A stretch of DNA of 64,000 bases, from the IMG/VR virus record IMGVR_UViG_3300044557_000566, one strand, 5' to 3'. The first letter of the stretch is position 1; the number at the start of each line of letters is the position of its first letter. Shown here one piece after another: positions 19,545-29,316 of the stretch. The DNA comes from an uncultured virus (IMG/VR IMGVR_UViG_3300044557_000566). Lineage: Duplodnaviria; Heunggongvirae; Uroviricota; Caudoviricetes. Made by a program: the position numbers and the translations under genes. The notes under the pieces were generated by a model. The model was given only the letters and a program-made list of their open reading frames with translations, was not told where the DNA came from and ran no database searches.

Positions 19545-21026
19545 TCAGTTCTCTGGGATGACCTTCTGGAGAGCATTCCTGAAGGCCTTAGGCATGAGAT
19601 TCCTAGCGATCTCCCCGATTGACCCCTCGAACGCCGGTATGCCGAGCGCAAGGTTGAACTGCTGGATGTTCGAGAGCTTCACGAGGATTCCGTCGGCTAT
19701 CTCTGGTATAGCGCCAACGAGCGTTGGAACCGCGTAGTCCTCAGGCTTGATGCTTCTATCAAGCGTGCCGTAAGCATGGGTCGTAGCCATTTGGATGACA
19801 TGCATGATCTCACTCTTCGTCATCTTCACGCCCCTCATAGACATGTTGATGGCAACAGCGACCTTGCTGAGATCGATCTCGGCGCCACCCTGCTCTCTAC
19901 TAGATCCGTTATGGATGATCCACTTCATCATTCCAATGACGGCCTTACGGTCGAGGCTCGTGATGAACAGGATCTTATCGGACTTGGGATATGCTACCGT
20001 GCTGAACAGCTTAGACTTATAGTTGACCGACGTGTCAAGAATGATCACGTCGAACATGTACTTGAGAACGTTCAGCGTCTCATCATACTTGCTCACGGGG
20101 ATGTTGTCAGAAGATCCTGGAAGCTTAGGTGCTAGTAGGAATGAGCACTTCATCCTATCATTATAGATAAGATTCTTAGAAACGACGTCCTGATTGATCT
20201 CATCCGCGATGGCGATGTTCAAGATGTTCGGAGTGACCTTACCTATCATTGATCCTATCTGCGCGTCAGCAACATCAAGATCAACCACACAGACCTTAAG
20301 GGGGAATTTCATAGTCCCAGCCTCTGCACTCTGCTCGCTAGATGTGGCCAGCCACGATCCCAGTCCGAGTGCAGTCGTGGTCTTACCAACGCCACCCTTT
20401 GAGGACGTCACGCATATGATCTGCGCTATCTTACCAGAGTTATTCGTGAACTGCTCCTGGAAGTCATCGTCGCCACCAGATGGGCCGAACCAGTCTTCCT
20501 GCTTCTCCTTGTCCTCGGGTTCCTCCTCATCATTAACCTTGGTGATCGTCATGTTCTCGGCCTCGGCAATGATTTTAACATTATCAGGATCAGAGTCGGG
20601 CGAGTTGATGTATGATCTTATGGCCGAGTCGATAGATGGGTTCGGTTGGCTATAGTCAATCCACCAATACTTCTGCAGAACGCCGTCCTTCTGGGCTTCC
20701 TGGCTACCGGAGTACTTGAGAAGATCGCTTTCAATCTTTACCTTCTCGTTAAAGTAGTCAACGATCATGGTGAGGGCTGACTGGGTGCTGATGAACGTGA
20801 TGTTCAGGAAGTCTTCGAGGAGATTAGCATTCCTCGTCTTACGGGCTTTGTTATAGAACTCGCTCGATATGACGACAACGCTCGTGTCCTCAGCGAGATC
20901 CTGATTGTCAACAGCTGTCCAGAATCCATCAATAGTGGTGACTGGAACCTGCCAATCCCAATTCGGCTTCACCTTGGTCTTGAGGAAGTCATAGGTCTTT
21001 CTATTACCAACGAATACTGCCTTCAA
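19545..21026 (-). CDS. MinD/ParA-family ATPase, CpaE/TadZ-like
   Basis: SSKGGVGKTT deviant Walker A, VVDLD, FDVIILDT; long N-terminal domain; next to a CpaB-like gene. Confidence 0.8.
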   Translation of the reverse strand: MKAVFVGNRKTYDFLKTKVKPNWDWQVPVTTIDGFWTAVDNQDLAEDTSVVVISSEFYNKARKTRNANLLEDFLNITFISTQSALTMIVDYFNEKVKIESDLLKYSGSQEAQKDGVLQKYWWIDYSQPNPSIDSAIRSYINSPDSDPDNVKIIAEAENMTITKVNDEEEPEDKEKQEDWFGPSGGDDDFQEQFTNNSGKIAQIICVTSSKGGVGKTTTALGLGSWLATSSEQSAEAGTMKFPLKVCVVDLDVADAQIGSMIGKVTPNILNIAIADEINQDVVSKNLIYNDRMKCSFLLAPKLPGSSDNIPVSKYDETLNVLKYMFDVIILDTSVNYKSKLFSTVAYPKSDKILFITSLDRKAVIGMMKWIIHNGSSREQGGAEIDLSKVAVAINMSMRGVKMTKSEIMHVIQMATTHAYGTLDRSIKPEDYAVPTLVGAIPEIADGILVKLSNIQQFNLALGIPAFEGSIGEIARNLMPKAFRNALQKVIPEN

Positions 21027-21167
21027 CGTAAGTCCTCGCTTCCATCAATGGGTGGAGTAATTATTGTCTCCATATTCATGATAATAAGATATCATGGACA
21101 AGGAAATGCCTAGTGGAATGGAGCTCATCATTCCGTAATTATGATATGGGCTAGAAATTGAAGCCCA

Positions 21168-21204
21168 GGCCGCCAACATGAGCTCTGTTAGCATGTTGGC
21201 GGCC
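21168..21204 (-). terminator. Stem-loop after the CpaB-like gene
   Basis: GGCCGCCAACATG / CATGTTGGCGGCC 13-bp inverted repeat. Confidence 0.65.
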
Positions 21205-21226
21205 CTACCCCAATCGCGTCAGTTCA

Positions 21227-22483
21227 TCAATTGCTGGAGTCGCCAGTGGCGCTAGATGAGCCGGATGACGAGCTTGAACTCGAGGAGGGCGATCCTAGGC
21301 TATTAGCCGTAGCGCTATTTGCCGCGTCACTGACCGCCTTCTTCTCCTTCTTAAGCAGTGCTTTGAAGTCGGGGGTCTTCGGACTATTTTTAGCGCAGTA
21401 CTCCTTCTCGTCATCCCACTTAGAGTTCGAGTAGTAACCATTAGCACCATCAAACAGCTGGGTGCACCATTCAATCTCATGCTTGGTAAGCGGCTGAGGA
21501 TTACCGTTCTCATCCTTCGTGTCACCGGCGGCCTTATTGTAACTGTACGGCACGCCGAACTTATCCCTCTGCTGAGGGGAGAACGTGTTGTCAGTGCAGT
21601 CCTTCTCTTCTTCTTCCCCGGTGGCAGAGTCAACGCAGTTGCTCGCAATGATTCCATTCTGATTCTTACTGATGACATCATTGAAGTCGAATTGCTTGTA
21701 CAGGTTGTCAAGCATGGTTGGATTCGTGTATGAGTTCTGGCGTGGGCTGATGACCAGTTTGAGGCTATACTGTTGCTGAGCCATGGCAAGAATGGTAGAA
21801 TTACGTGGGCTCATGCCCAGCAGGAACATGGTCGTCGAGTTCTGGGTCTTCGACGTCGCTCCATTAGATGAATCTGAAGAGTTCGATGTGGTAGTTGCCG
21901 TAGGATTATCAAGAACCATCACGTTACGGAAAAGCCACTGGCCAACCTTGATGTTCGACAGGACGCCATTCTGATCTGATGTAGCCGTTCCCGACTGCGT
22001 GTCGCTCTTCTTCATGTTAGTTACCATGATGTCGAAGTAATCACCCCTCTGCAGGTTCTCGACAACGGGGTCCGAGTCTCCAGGATCGAATGAAGTGACC
22101 ACCCAGTTATCGGGTATGCCCTCATTGATCGAGTCAAGCGCCCCAGCGTTAGATGTGGCAACCACATCACCGGCATTCAAGGGGTACTTCGAGTAAATGT
22201 TACCAGACTGCACGTCGGTGATGGAAAGCGCGTTAGCTGGAGCGCTTCCCTTACTCGTGGTCACTGGGTACATGTAATCGGGCGTGATTTGAGTTCTAGA
22301 CGGTATATTCGTGTTCAAGACGTAGTACGTGTCTTGTTTAGTGACCGAGTTCATGATGTAGAATACACCGAACCCTATTACCGTTGCGATGATGAGAATC
22401 AGAACCCACAGCATCTTAGTGTCTTTGAATGATGAGGACGCGCCTAGGGTTTTCAGTCCCCTCTTTGGAGTTTTCCTTGCCAT
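21227..22483 (-). CDS. Membrane-anchored SAF-domain protein, CpaB/RcpC-like
   Basis: N-terminal TM, SAF-like YYVLNTNIP..TQIT...PLNAGDVV, L.RGD.FDI motif, Ser-rich tail. Confidence 0.65.
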   Translation of the reverse strand: MARKTPKRGLKTLGASSSFKDTKMLWVLILIIATVIGFGVFYIMNSVTKQDTYYVLNTNIPSRTQITPDYMYPVTTSKGSAPANALSITDVQSGNIYSKYPLNAGDVVATSNAGALDSINEGIPDNWVVTSFDPGDSDPVVENLQRGDYFDIMVTNMKKSDTQSGTATSDQNGVLSNIKVGQWLFRNVMVLDNPTATTTSNSSDSSNGATSKTQNSTTMFLLGMSPRNSTILAMAQQQYSLKLVISPRQNSYTNPTMLDNLYKQFDFNDVISKNQNGIIASNCVDSATGEEEEKDCTDNTFSPQQRDKFGVPYSYNKAAGDTKDENGNPQPLTKHEIEWCTQLFDGANGYYSNSKWDDEKEYCAKNSPKTPDFKALLKKEKKAVSDAANSATANSLGSPSSSSSSSSGSSSATGDSSN

Positions 22484-22591
22484 AATACTCCCTATATCAT
22501 AGAAGCCAGTATTTTCTCAAAAATGAAGATATCAAGGGCGGTGAATATCTTCCAATGGTGAAAAGGGAACAGTAGATGATACAATAATACC

Positions 22592-22631
22592 GCATCCATT
22601 CATATGAATAAGACTGCATCCATTCATATGA
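22592..22631. repeat. 16-bp direct repeat GCATCCATTCATATGA x2 (operator-like)
   Basis: Copies at 22592-22607 and 22616-22631, each containing the palindrome TCATATGA. Confidence 0.75.
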
Positions 22632-22849
22632 CTCAGCGTTCTCTCGTTACCAATCTGCGTCATCATACCCATCATCACTACGAGGGGATGGTCAACGGTT
22701 CAATAGTTCATTATTGAGAATGGAAGATGGATCCTTCACCATGGATTCCCATACGCGAACCCGTGGAGCGTTCATGGCGGTTGCGTCGAGCGGCTATCAT
22801 AGAGCATACATGGCAGATTCTTCTACTTGATAGTGATTATGATCATAGA

Positions 22850-23752
22850 TTACTGGGAACAGGTCTTCAGCATGTCAGCAAGCTCGGTCTTATCCCTCTG
22901 CGTGACTGACACTTTATACTTAAGAGCTGTGTCAACCCAATCGTTAGCATACGCGCACTTGTACTCAGCGCGCGGCGCCCAGGAGAATGGGCCCCGGTCA
23001 CCCCTCTTATCATTAGAATCCTTCGATGTCACCACGAGGTTAGATGAGTCATTAGCATAAGCTTGCTTCTGATCCTTAGACCACGCGGCCCCTCCATGCT
23101 GTTCCACATACCCGATGGGTATCTTGTACGAGATCACTGCGGAGTCTGGATCTGTTATCTTCTCACCGCTGTACGGATCACTGTATGATCCGCTTGTTGG
23201 CCTGCAGTTAGAGTCAGTCTTGAACCCAGCGTTCTTTAACGCTTGTTCACGGGCGTCACACGTGCCTGATACGATCACCCAGTGCGGCCATTCTGAGGCC
23301 TTGTACTTGTCGCTAGACGCATCAGCGACAGTGAGTTGATCTAGTTTGCTGCTGCCAGTGGTCGACGACTTGCCCTCATTGATCCCGTGCTCCTTAGCGT
23401 ACAGATCTGAATCGGAGTCATTGACCGTACCATCACCGTTAAGATCACCGATCTTAGCCTGAGCGTTCCCTCCGTAAAGACATGACGGGTCATCAACAAA
23501 ATTGCAGATATGATTAAGATCGTCATCAAGACCAGAATTGCGAACCTTGTCCGACGTCTGGTTAGACATGTTCTTGAAGTAGTCAATCCCGCCCTGGACG
23601 CTCGTGATGTGATTAATGCTCATGAAGGCAAGTAGTCCACCGATGGCTACAAGAGTGACTACTAACCCGAGCACTTTCCCGCCAAGAGCACTTGACTTAG
23701 CGCTCTTCTTCCTAGCCGGCTTCTTCCTTGCAGGTCTTCTAGCGGCTGCCAT
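22850..23752 (-). CDS. Membrane-anchored DUF1524/HNH-like protein with EF-hand/dockerin-like motif
   Basis: C.ARE..L, DPYSG, W...K..YAND..NL......N..RGD..P..W.P; GDLNGDGTVNDSD. Confidence 0.75.
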   Translation of the reverse strand: MAAARRPARKKPARKKSAKSSALGGKVLGLVVTLVAIGGLLAFMSINHITSVQGGIDYFKNMSNQTSDKVRNSGLDDDLNHICNFVDDPSCLYGGNAQAKIGDLNGDGTVNDSDSDLYAKEHGINEGKSSTTGSSKLDQLTVADASSDKYKASEWPHWVIVSGTCDAREQALKNAGFKTDSNCRPTSGSYSDPYSGEKITDPDSAVISYKIPIGYVEQHGGAAWSKDQKQAYANDSSNLVVTSKDSNDKRGDRGPFSWAPRAEYKCAYANDWVDTALKYKVSVTQRDKTELADMLKTCSQ

Positions 23753-23858
23753 GCTTCACCTCACCCGATCGTGCACTCATGATCAATAAGCTTTTCACTA
23801 AGGGAAGATATCAATTTCAGATCACTGATCGACAACTATCCAACAATCAATCTATCGT

Positions 23859-24227
23859 CTATTGCTTCTTATTGGATCTTCTTAATGATCTCGTTATCCT
23901 ATCGAACAGGTCTCTGAAAGCATAACCGGCGCCAAGTGTTCTTACGGTATTGAAGAATAAAACCATGCTTGTCCAATTCCACCCAATAAGGAATGAAAGG
24001 CCTATGAACAGTGCATACAGTATAGCCGGGATGGTTAACAATCCCAACATGATCCACGTGGTTATGATCGCGTACAAGTTATATGCAGTGAGAACAAGAT
24101 TCAACCATTCCAGTGGGCCACGGGCGCCATTGACCCTCCAGTCCGTGAACGGGAAGACGTGATGCTCCCACGCGACTGCAATCATTACCGTGATGACGGC
24201 CGTGATGACGAGATTAATGATCAGCAT
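23859..24227 (-). CDS. Small membrane protein
   Basis: 122-aa hydrophobic ORF with AGAGG RBS. Confidence 0.65.
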   Translation of the reverse strand: MLIINLVITAVITVMIAVAWEHHVFPFTDWRVNGARGPLEWLNLVLTAYNLYAIITTWIMLGLLTIPAILYALFIGLSFLIGWNWTSMVLFFNTVRTLGAGYAFRDLFDRITRSLRRSNKKQ

Positions 24228-24315
24228 GATAATCCTCTTGATAAGTCTTTCAAACCATAGTGAAAGATATTGTGAACGTGCCAGCGCAAATAGTAATTAC
24301 TATAGGAGTCCCCTC

Positions 24316-26166
24316 TCACTCATAACCATTCTTCCTCCTGAGGATGCGAGCACGATTCTTCTTCACGTACTGGTAGCATGTCTCCTCATCTCGAAACATT
24401 TCCTCCAGGGATACGTCCCTGCCAATACGGGCTTCTATTCTTGACCTCGCGGTCTGTGATGATGCTACGGACAACGCGACGTAAAGATCCTTCACCCTAG
24501 CCTCATTGTCCATAACGTCCTGTCTTGCAAGCAGTGCTCGCTTCTTCACAGCGTTATCAGCCTTCTTCGCCTCAGGGTCGATGAGGAACGCCTCATCTGG
24601 CATGTCATCACCCTCCATGATCACATCGTCAATAGACTTGCATCGGCTGAGTGCAACGTAGCCCAATCCCTTCTGGAAGCATGTGGACAGGTTAATGACC
24701 GCACCGTCTAGGGTCTGTCCCTGCGACTTGTGAACGGTGATAGCCCATGCTAGTCGGAGTGGGACGTACCCGACCGTCGCGTCAACGATCTCGACCTCCT
24801 TGAGCGTAGGCTCACCATTGTCATCAACGTCTTTCCTCACCTCGATATGGGTCTTTTTAGCATGAGCATACCCGATGGTCACGGTTCGCATGTCCCTACT
24901 CATCTCTTCGGTTATAGTGCTCGTGTCAATGACCTGCATGTCTGAGGGAAGGCTGTTCATCCTGACCTTGATGATCGGAATCTTACGTCCTAGACCATCG
25001 GGCTCTTCACCAAGCTCAACAATCTCTCCCATCGACCCGTTCACGTACCCGTTCACGACTCCATTCAACGTGAGCATGACCACAGCACCAGTCTTCAACT
25101 CAAGGGGCTTTAACTTCCCCGAGTTGATGATCTCCTTGCAGTCATCTGGATCCCCAGATCTCTTCAACGGGTAGAAGTGATGCATCCCCGGCAACGCATC
25201 TAACTTGGATTGATTGTAATTGTCAACGCTCCGGTTGAACGTCCTTAGTCTCGTGTAGACCTTCCCCTTATCGGGGGTGATGTGGAGTCTTGGATAGATG
25301 AGCGACTTCAACTCGTCTATATTCTTGCCGTCACGGATACCGTTCAGGAGATCATTCAGCCTGGAGTCAGATGATCTCCTCGTACGGTCAAGGTAGCAGA
25401 ATCGGAATCCTCCAGATGAGAAGATCTTGTGTCCGTTCACGTCACGAGCATGGAAGCAGTATCCACCGTCAACGAGCTTGCCATCACTATCCAGCTGGTT
25501 CGTGTTCACTGGTGGAAGCTGTAGGAAATCTCCGACGAGCACGACCTGCAATCCACCGAACGGGACGTCACTCTTCCCCTTGGCCTTCCTGCACGCCCTG
25601 TCAAGATTTGATAGGAAGTACGCTGGAAGCATACTGACCTCATCAACGATAAGCACGTCAGTGTCACGGATCCTCTTCTTAGCATTAAGCCATACCCGTT
25701 TCTCGCGATTATGAAGCTTGTCCTCATCGAACTCATCAACGCTGATCCCAAGACCAGACCACGAGTGGATAGTCCTCCCGAAGATGAGAGCCGCGGCTGC
25801 TCCAGTGGACGCTGTGACAGCAACCTCGAGATGCCTCCCCTCTGATTCCAGTCTCCCTTGGAACCCGTGGATGATCTCCTGGTACTTGTCAATCACCCAT
25901 GACTTCCCAGCACCAGCGCTACCGCACAAGATCACATTGTCACCCCGTAGCAGCCAGTACAATGCTTCCATCTGGCTCGTGTACTTGCTCTTTGAGAGTT
26001 CGTCTTCAATGTTGAACTCTGGAACGTGATGATGGAGACCTTTAGGGTATGATGGGTCCTCAGGAATCTGTCCGTTCATGCTTGCGAAAATATCGTCTGC
26101 CGAGGAGTCCACTGTGCTCGTCTTATCGCTATCCGCATTCGTCTTCCCGGTTCTTTCGTTGCCCAT
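24316..26166 (-). CDS. Pif1/RecD-like SF1B DNA helicase
   Basis: GSAGAGKS, TIHSWSG, DEVSM, PFGG.Q...GDF.QLPPV, AWAITVHKSQGQT, YVALSR; start set at ATG 26166 (AGAAGGGA RBS). Confidence 0.92.
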   Translation of the reverse strand: MGNERTGKTNADSDKTSTVDSSADDIFASMNGQIPEDPSYPKGLHHHVPEFNIEDELSKSKYTSQMEALYWLLRGDNVILCGSAGAGKSWVIDKYQEIIHGFQGRLESEGRHLEVAVTASTGAAAALIFGRTIHSWSGLGISVDEFDEDKLHNREKRVWLNAKKRIRDTDVLIVDEVSMLPAYFLSNLDRACRKAKGKSDVPFGGLQVVLVGDFLQLPPVNTNQLDSDGKLVDGGYCFHARDVNGHKIFSSGGFRFCYLDRTRRSSDSRLNDLLNGIRDGKNIDELKSLIYPRLHITPDKGKVYTRLRTFNRSVDNYNQSKLDALPGMHHFYPLKRSGDPDDCKEIINSGKLKPLELKTGAVVMLTLNGVVNGYVNGSMGEIVELGEEPDGLGRKIPIIKVRMNSLPSDMQVIDTSTITEEMSRDMRTVTIGYAHAKKTHIEVRKDVDDNGEPTLKEVEIVDATVGYVPLRLAWAITVHKSQGQTLDGAVINLSTCFQKGLGYVALSRCKSIDDVIMEGDDMPDEAFLIDPEAKKADNAVKKRALLARQDVMDNEARVKDLYVALSVASSQTARSRIEARIGRDVSLEEMFRDEETCYQYVKKNRARILRRKNGYE

Positions 26167-26217
26167 GATTCCCTTCTTGTATGAAATCCATACAGATCTT
26201 ATTATCCCCGAGAACGG

Positions 26218-26303
26218 GGATGAATCCCGCATAAGCGGGGAATACCAAAATTTTATAGTACCAACCATCTTCATGGGGATGGCCCCGCATAGGCGGTGTA
26301 TAC
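26218..26303 (-). CRISPR. Orphan mini-array: two degenerate I-E-like repeats with one spacer of about 31 nt
   Basis: GGATGAATCCCGCATAAGCGGGGAATAC (26218-26245) and GGATGGCCCCGCATAGGCGGTGTATAC (26277-26303) resemble the trailer repeats at 4262 and 4324. Confidence 0.75.
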
Positions 26304-26454
26304 TGGGGGTCTCCCCGGGATCCCAGTGCCCTGAGATTATCAATAGCACGAATCGAGCATGTTCTTCATAAACCGTTATATATTCATGATATGCATCTAG
26401 CAATCATTCATATTTAGTTCGGTAAAAACCTATGCTTAGTATAGCATGCGTAGG

Positions 26455-27690
26455 CTAAACCAAGCTAACGTCTAGTCTATCTAATAGGAACTCGGGGCTT
26501 ATCATAGATGACGGCTTCATCATTGCCCTACCGAATCCAAGTGACTGGACACCCACGCTGAACACGGTGATGACATCAGGCCTGGGATTCACTAGGGATC
26601 TTCCAATGTCAGATCCAGCCATCCACCTGTCCTCGGGTCTGATCGCCCCGGCGATCACTCTTGTCTGCAGATTGGGCAACAGGGCCATGAGATTGGAAGA
26701 TCCCCCGTCTGCTACGAGAAGTACTCTTAACCCATGAGCGTTAGCTATGGCTAGAAGGTTCAGTAGGTGCGACATGAACCTTCTAGATTTGCCTTCTAGC
26801 GTTGAGAATGCGTCATAATCTGAGTTGATGATGCTGACGGCCTTATCAATATCAGCAGGCCATCCCGATGGAGTCACGTTAAGACCAGTGCCCGGTCCTG
26901 CCTTAAGCCAGAATGGCGCTATGCTTCTAGCAATGTGATCGTATTTGATCCTTCCAGCGTAATCATTAAGATCTTCATCTGCGCCCTGTGATAAGAGCAA
27001 TCCTACTGACCACGCTATGGAATCATTCAGATCATGTGATATAGATTCGAGGGTGATACTACTCGCACTGTTGGAAGATTGCCCGTGAATGATGACCAAT
27101 GCTAACAGTAATGCGCTTTTGCTGGCATCGTCATTGACCCCCAGACCATCAATGTACGAGTTGACCTTACCATACTCTTCATCTGAAAGCGCTGGTCTTA
27201 CAAGATTATTGGCCTTATCATAAAGCCCATCATGTGATTCCCCATTAGACTCTGCACTTGTTAACGGATCACGGCTAGAGTCTTTACGGAGGACTGACTC
27301 CCAGTCCTCAATGACGAATAGATCTTTGACGTAATCATCTGCTCCAGCATCATCAGGTTCAGACATGATTCCAGATGAAATTGAAGACAATATAGAATCG
27401 TGGAGCACCTTGATTCCATCATCCAGATCGTATGACGATTGATCATCTGATGGGCTTTTTATGCCGTTATTGGATAGTACGCGAACCTTACCGTTAAGAT
27501 CTTCTAGAGCCTTAACGATCTTGTTGCCCACCTCAATTCTATCAGATCCAGTGATAAGAATATTACTCTCACCATCAAGACCAACCACCCATTTGAGATT
27601 GTTCTGCGTGAAGCCGAGCCCATGCTTGACGCCACTGCCCTTCCTATCCTTAGGGGGCTTGTTTTCCTTCTTCTTCCCGAATCCGAACAT
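26455..27690 (-). CDS. Hypothetical protein, possibly a degenerate FtsK-like P-loop domain
   Basis: LG......W......NILITG and LFVIED resemble Walker A/B contexts, but GKS/T is missing. Confidence 0.5.
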   Translation of the reverse strand: MFGFGKKKENKPPKDRKGSGVKHGLGFTQNNLKWVVGLDGESNILITGSDRIEVGNKIVKALEDLNGKVRVLSNNGIKSPSDDQSSYDLDDGIKVLHDSILSSISSGIMSEPDDAGADDYVKDLFVIEDWESVLRKDSSRDPLTSAESNGESHDGLYDKANNLVRPALSDEEYGKVNSYIDGLGVNDDASKSALLLALVIIHGQSSNSASSITLESISHDLNDSIAWSVGLLLSQGADEDLNDYAGRIKYDHIARSIAPFWLKAGPGTGLNVTPSGWPADIDKAVSIINSDYDAFSTLEGKSRRFMSHLLNLLAIANAHGLRVLLVADGGSSNLMALLPNLQTRVIAGAIRPEDRWMAGSDIGRSLVNPRPDVITVFSVGVQSLGFGRAMMKPSSMISPEFLLDRLDVSLV

Positions 27691-27918
27691 ATATACATTA
27701 TATCAACCGATCTTCAACCGCGTCTTCCCGCAAAATAGAAGAAGGCATGATTACGATGGATCCGACATGGATAAGATTTCATTATGATCTTATGCGTCTT
27801 TATGGAATCAAAGATGGAGTCCTATGAGAGGCATGAATTCTTCATTGATATCTTTAATGCAACCAATGGGAAACAGGTCGTTCAGCTGGTATCTGGACAA
27901 TGAGTAGGAGGAATAGTA

Positions 27919-28521
27919 ATGGTTAAGTCCGTGAGGGGAGAAGATAAGGATAGCTTGAGGGCAAATGATGATACTGATCTTCACAGTGGTGAAGAATCTA
28001 CCAATCTTGATAATGAGTCCGAAGATGTAGAAGATGATTCTAGCAAAGACGTATCGGAGGACGCTCTCGACAATGATGAGCATGATAATGCTGATGGCAA
28101 TGAGGACAAGCCGGCCGTTGTCTCTATAGATCATAAGGGCAATGTCCCGTCCTTCGAGTCGCTGAGGAAAGAGCATGACATGATCATTGTAGCCAGGCTA
28201 GTCCTCACGGTCGTGGTCGCGGTGATCCTCCTCATACCAATACCAATATCCATGATTGGCGCGAAGTTCGTCATGTTCGCCCTCCTAGCCTACGCGTCGA
28301 TCTATAATGAGGTGGACTTGAGGAAGGAGCATGAGCTTCGTAAGGATGAATTCTCACGTAAAGCGCACGTAGCGTCATACGTGGCGTTCACCGTTGTGCT
28401 TGTACTATTCCTCCTGCTCGCTGTCATAGCTGGCGCTAAGGTGAATTACATTGTTGATGTGACTAACCAGGTCATTAATGCGTATAACGCCGCGGGACTT
28501 GGCCCAATCATCGTGAAGTAG
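27919..28521 (+). CDS. Membrane protein with acidic N-terminus
   Basis: AGGAGG RBS, about 3 TM segments, TGATATCTT motif upstream at 27846-27854. Confidence 0.8.
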   Translation: MVKSVRGEDKDSLRANDDTDLHSGEESTNLDNESEDVEDDSSKDVSEDALDNDEHDNADGNEDKPAVVSIDHKGNVPSFESLRKEHDMIIVARLVLTVVVAVILLIPIPISMIGAKFVMFALLAYASIYNEVDLRKEHELRKDEFSRKAHVASYVAFTVVLVLFLLLAVIAGAKVNYIVDVTNQVINAYNAAGLGPIIVK

Positions 28522-28543
28522 GAATTATCTGTCTGTTCATGAA

Positions 28544-28591
28544 ATGGAATCAGCGCAGTGCTCCCAATTGAAAGCACTGCGCTGATTCCAT
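28544..28591. terminator. Bidirectional terminator-like 19-bp inverted repeat
   Basis: ATGGAATCAGCGCAGTGCT / AGCACTGCGCTGATTCCAT between convergent genes. Confidence 0.8.
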
Positions 28592-28614
28592 ATGTTCTTA
28601 TGGACTTCTATTAT

Positions 28615-29184
28615 CTACTCATCGTCATTCTTCTTAGACTTTCCACCACGACTCTTATTGCCGATATTCTCATCTGCACTAAAGTCTTTTGAGGTGGAAA
28701 GGATGCTCCAGCCCTTCTTGCCTTCATACACTGACCACTGGATGGTTGCATTATCAGGATTCTTGCATAGGAATAAGGCTTCTGGTCTGAACCCGTCATC
28801 CTTGTAATGGCACTTCAACGGGGTCTTCCGCTTCTTGTTCTTGGGGAGATGCTCATTGTAAGCATCAGCCTCCCTCTTGAACTGCGCTCTCTTGACTACT
28901 GGAAGTGATTTGGTCATGAGACTCTCGAAGTCACTCAGATTGTTCATGACAACTGAATGCACGTCCCTATAATTAGAATTATCGGGCTTCTTATACCATA
29001 CCGTGCTGGCGAGGCCCGGCCCAAGGGCTTTCACGTTACCATTCCTAGTCAATTCCTTAATGTTGTTAGATGAAGTCCACTTGACGACAAGATTCTTAAG
29101 CTCTTCCAGTGACTGATCACCATCATATCGTATGAATACTATAGCATATGTCTTCAACGATGTTCCTATGAACGCTTTTACCAT
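28615..29184 (-). CDS. Hypothetical basic protein
   Basis: 189-aa ORF with AAGGAGG RBS. Confidence 0.75.
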   Translation of the reverse strand: MVKAFIGTSLKTYAIVFIRYDGDQSLEELKNLVVKWTSSNNIKELTRNGNVKALGPGLASTVWYKKPDNSNYRDVHSVVMNNLSDFESLMTKSLPVVKRAQFKREADAYNEHLPKNKKRKTPLKCHYKDDGFRPEALFLCKNPDNATIQWSVYEGKKGWSILSTSKDFSADENIGNKSRGGKSKKNDDE

Positions 29185-29316
29185 TATGCTCCTCCTTAAA
29201 AGTCAATAATTGACGCAATGGAAGAACATGTTACCACTGAAGATGGAGAAGCATAACCGTACCGTGGGTCTGATAGGCAATATCAGATATGGTAATCATG
29301 ATGGTATGATGGAAAC

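Noticed and set aside
26246..26276. Mini-array spacer seed (ATGAAGAT) targeting the promoter motif or the cas upstream region
   Set aside because: Only short matches of about 8 nt without a consistent PAM were found by eye; not supportable without a search.
26167..26403. 79-aa N-terminal extension of the helicase in the ORF track
   Set aside because: It runs through the mini-array and promoter; a good RBS precedes ATG 26166.
27712..27733. TTCAACC...CCCGCAA resembling a broken CRISPR repeat
   Set aside because: Requires a large gap and lacks the second stem half.
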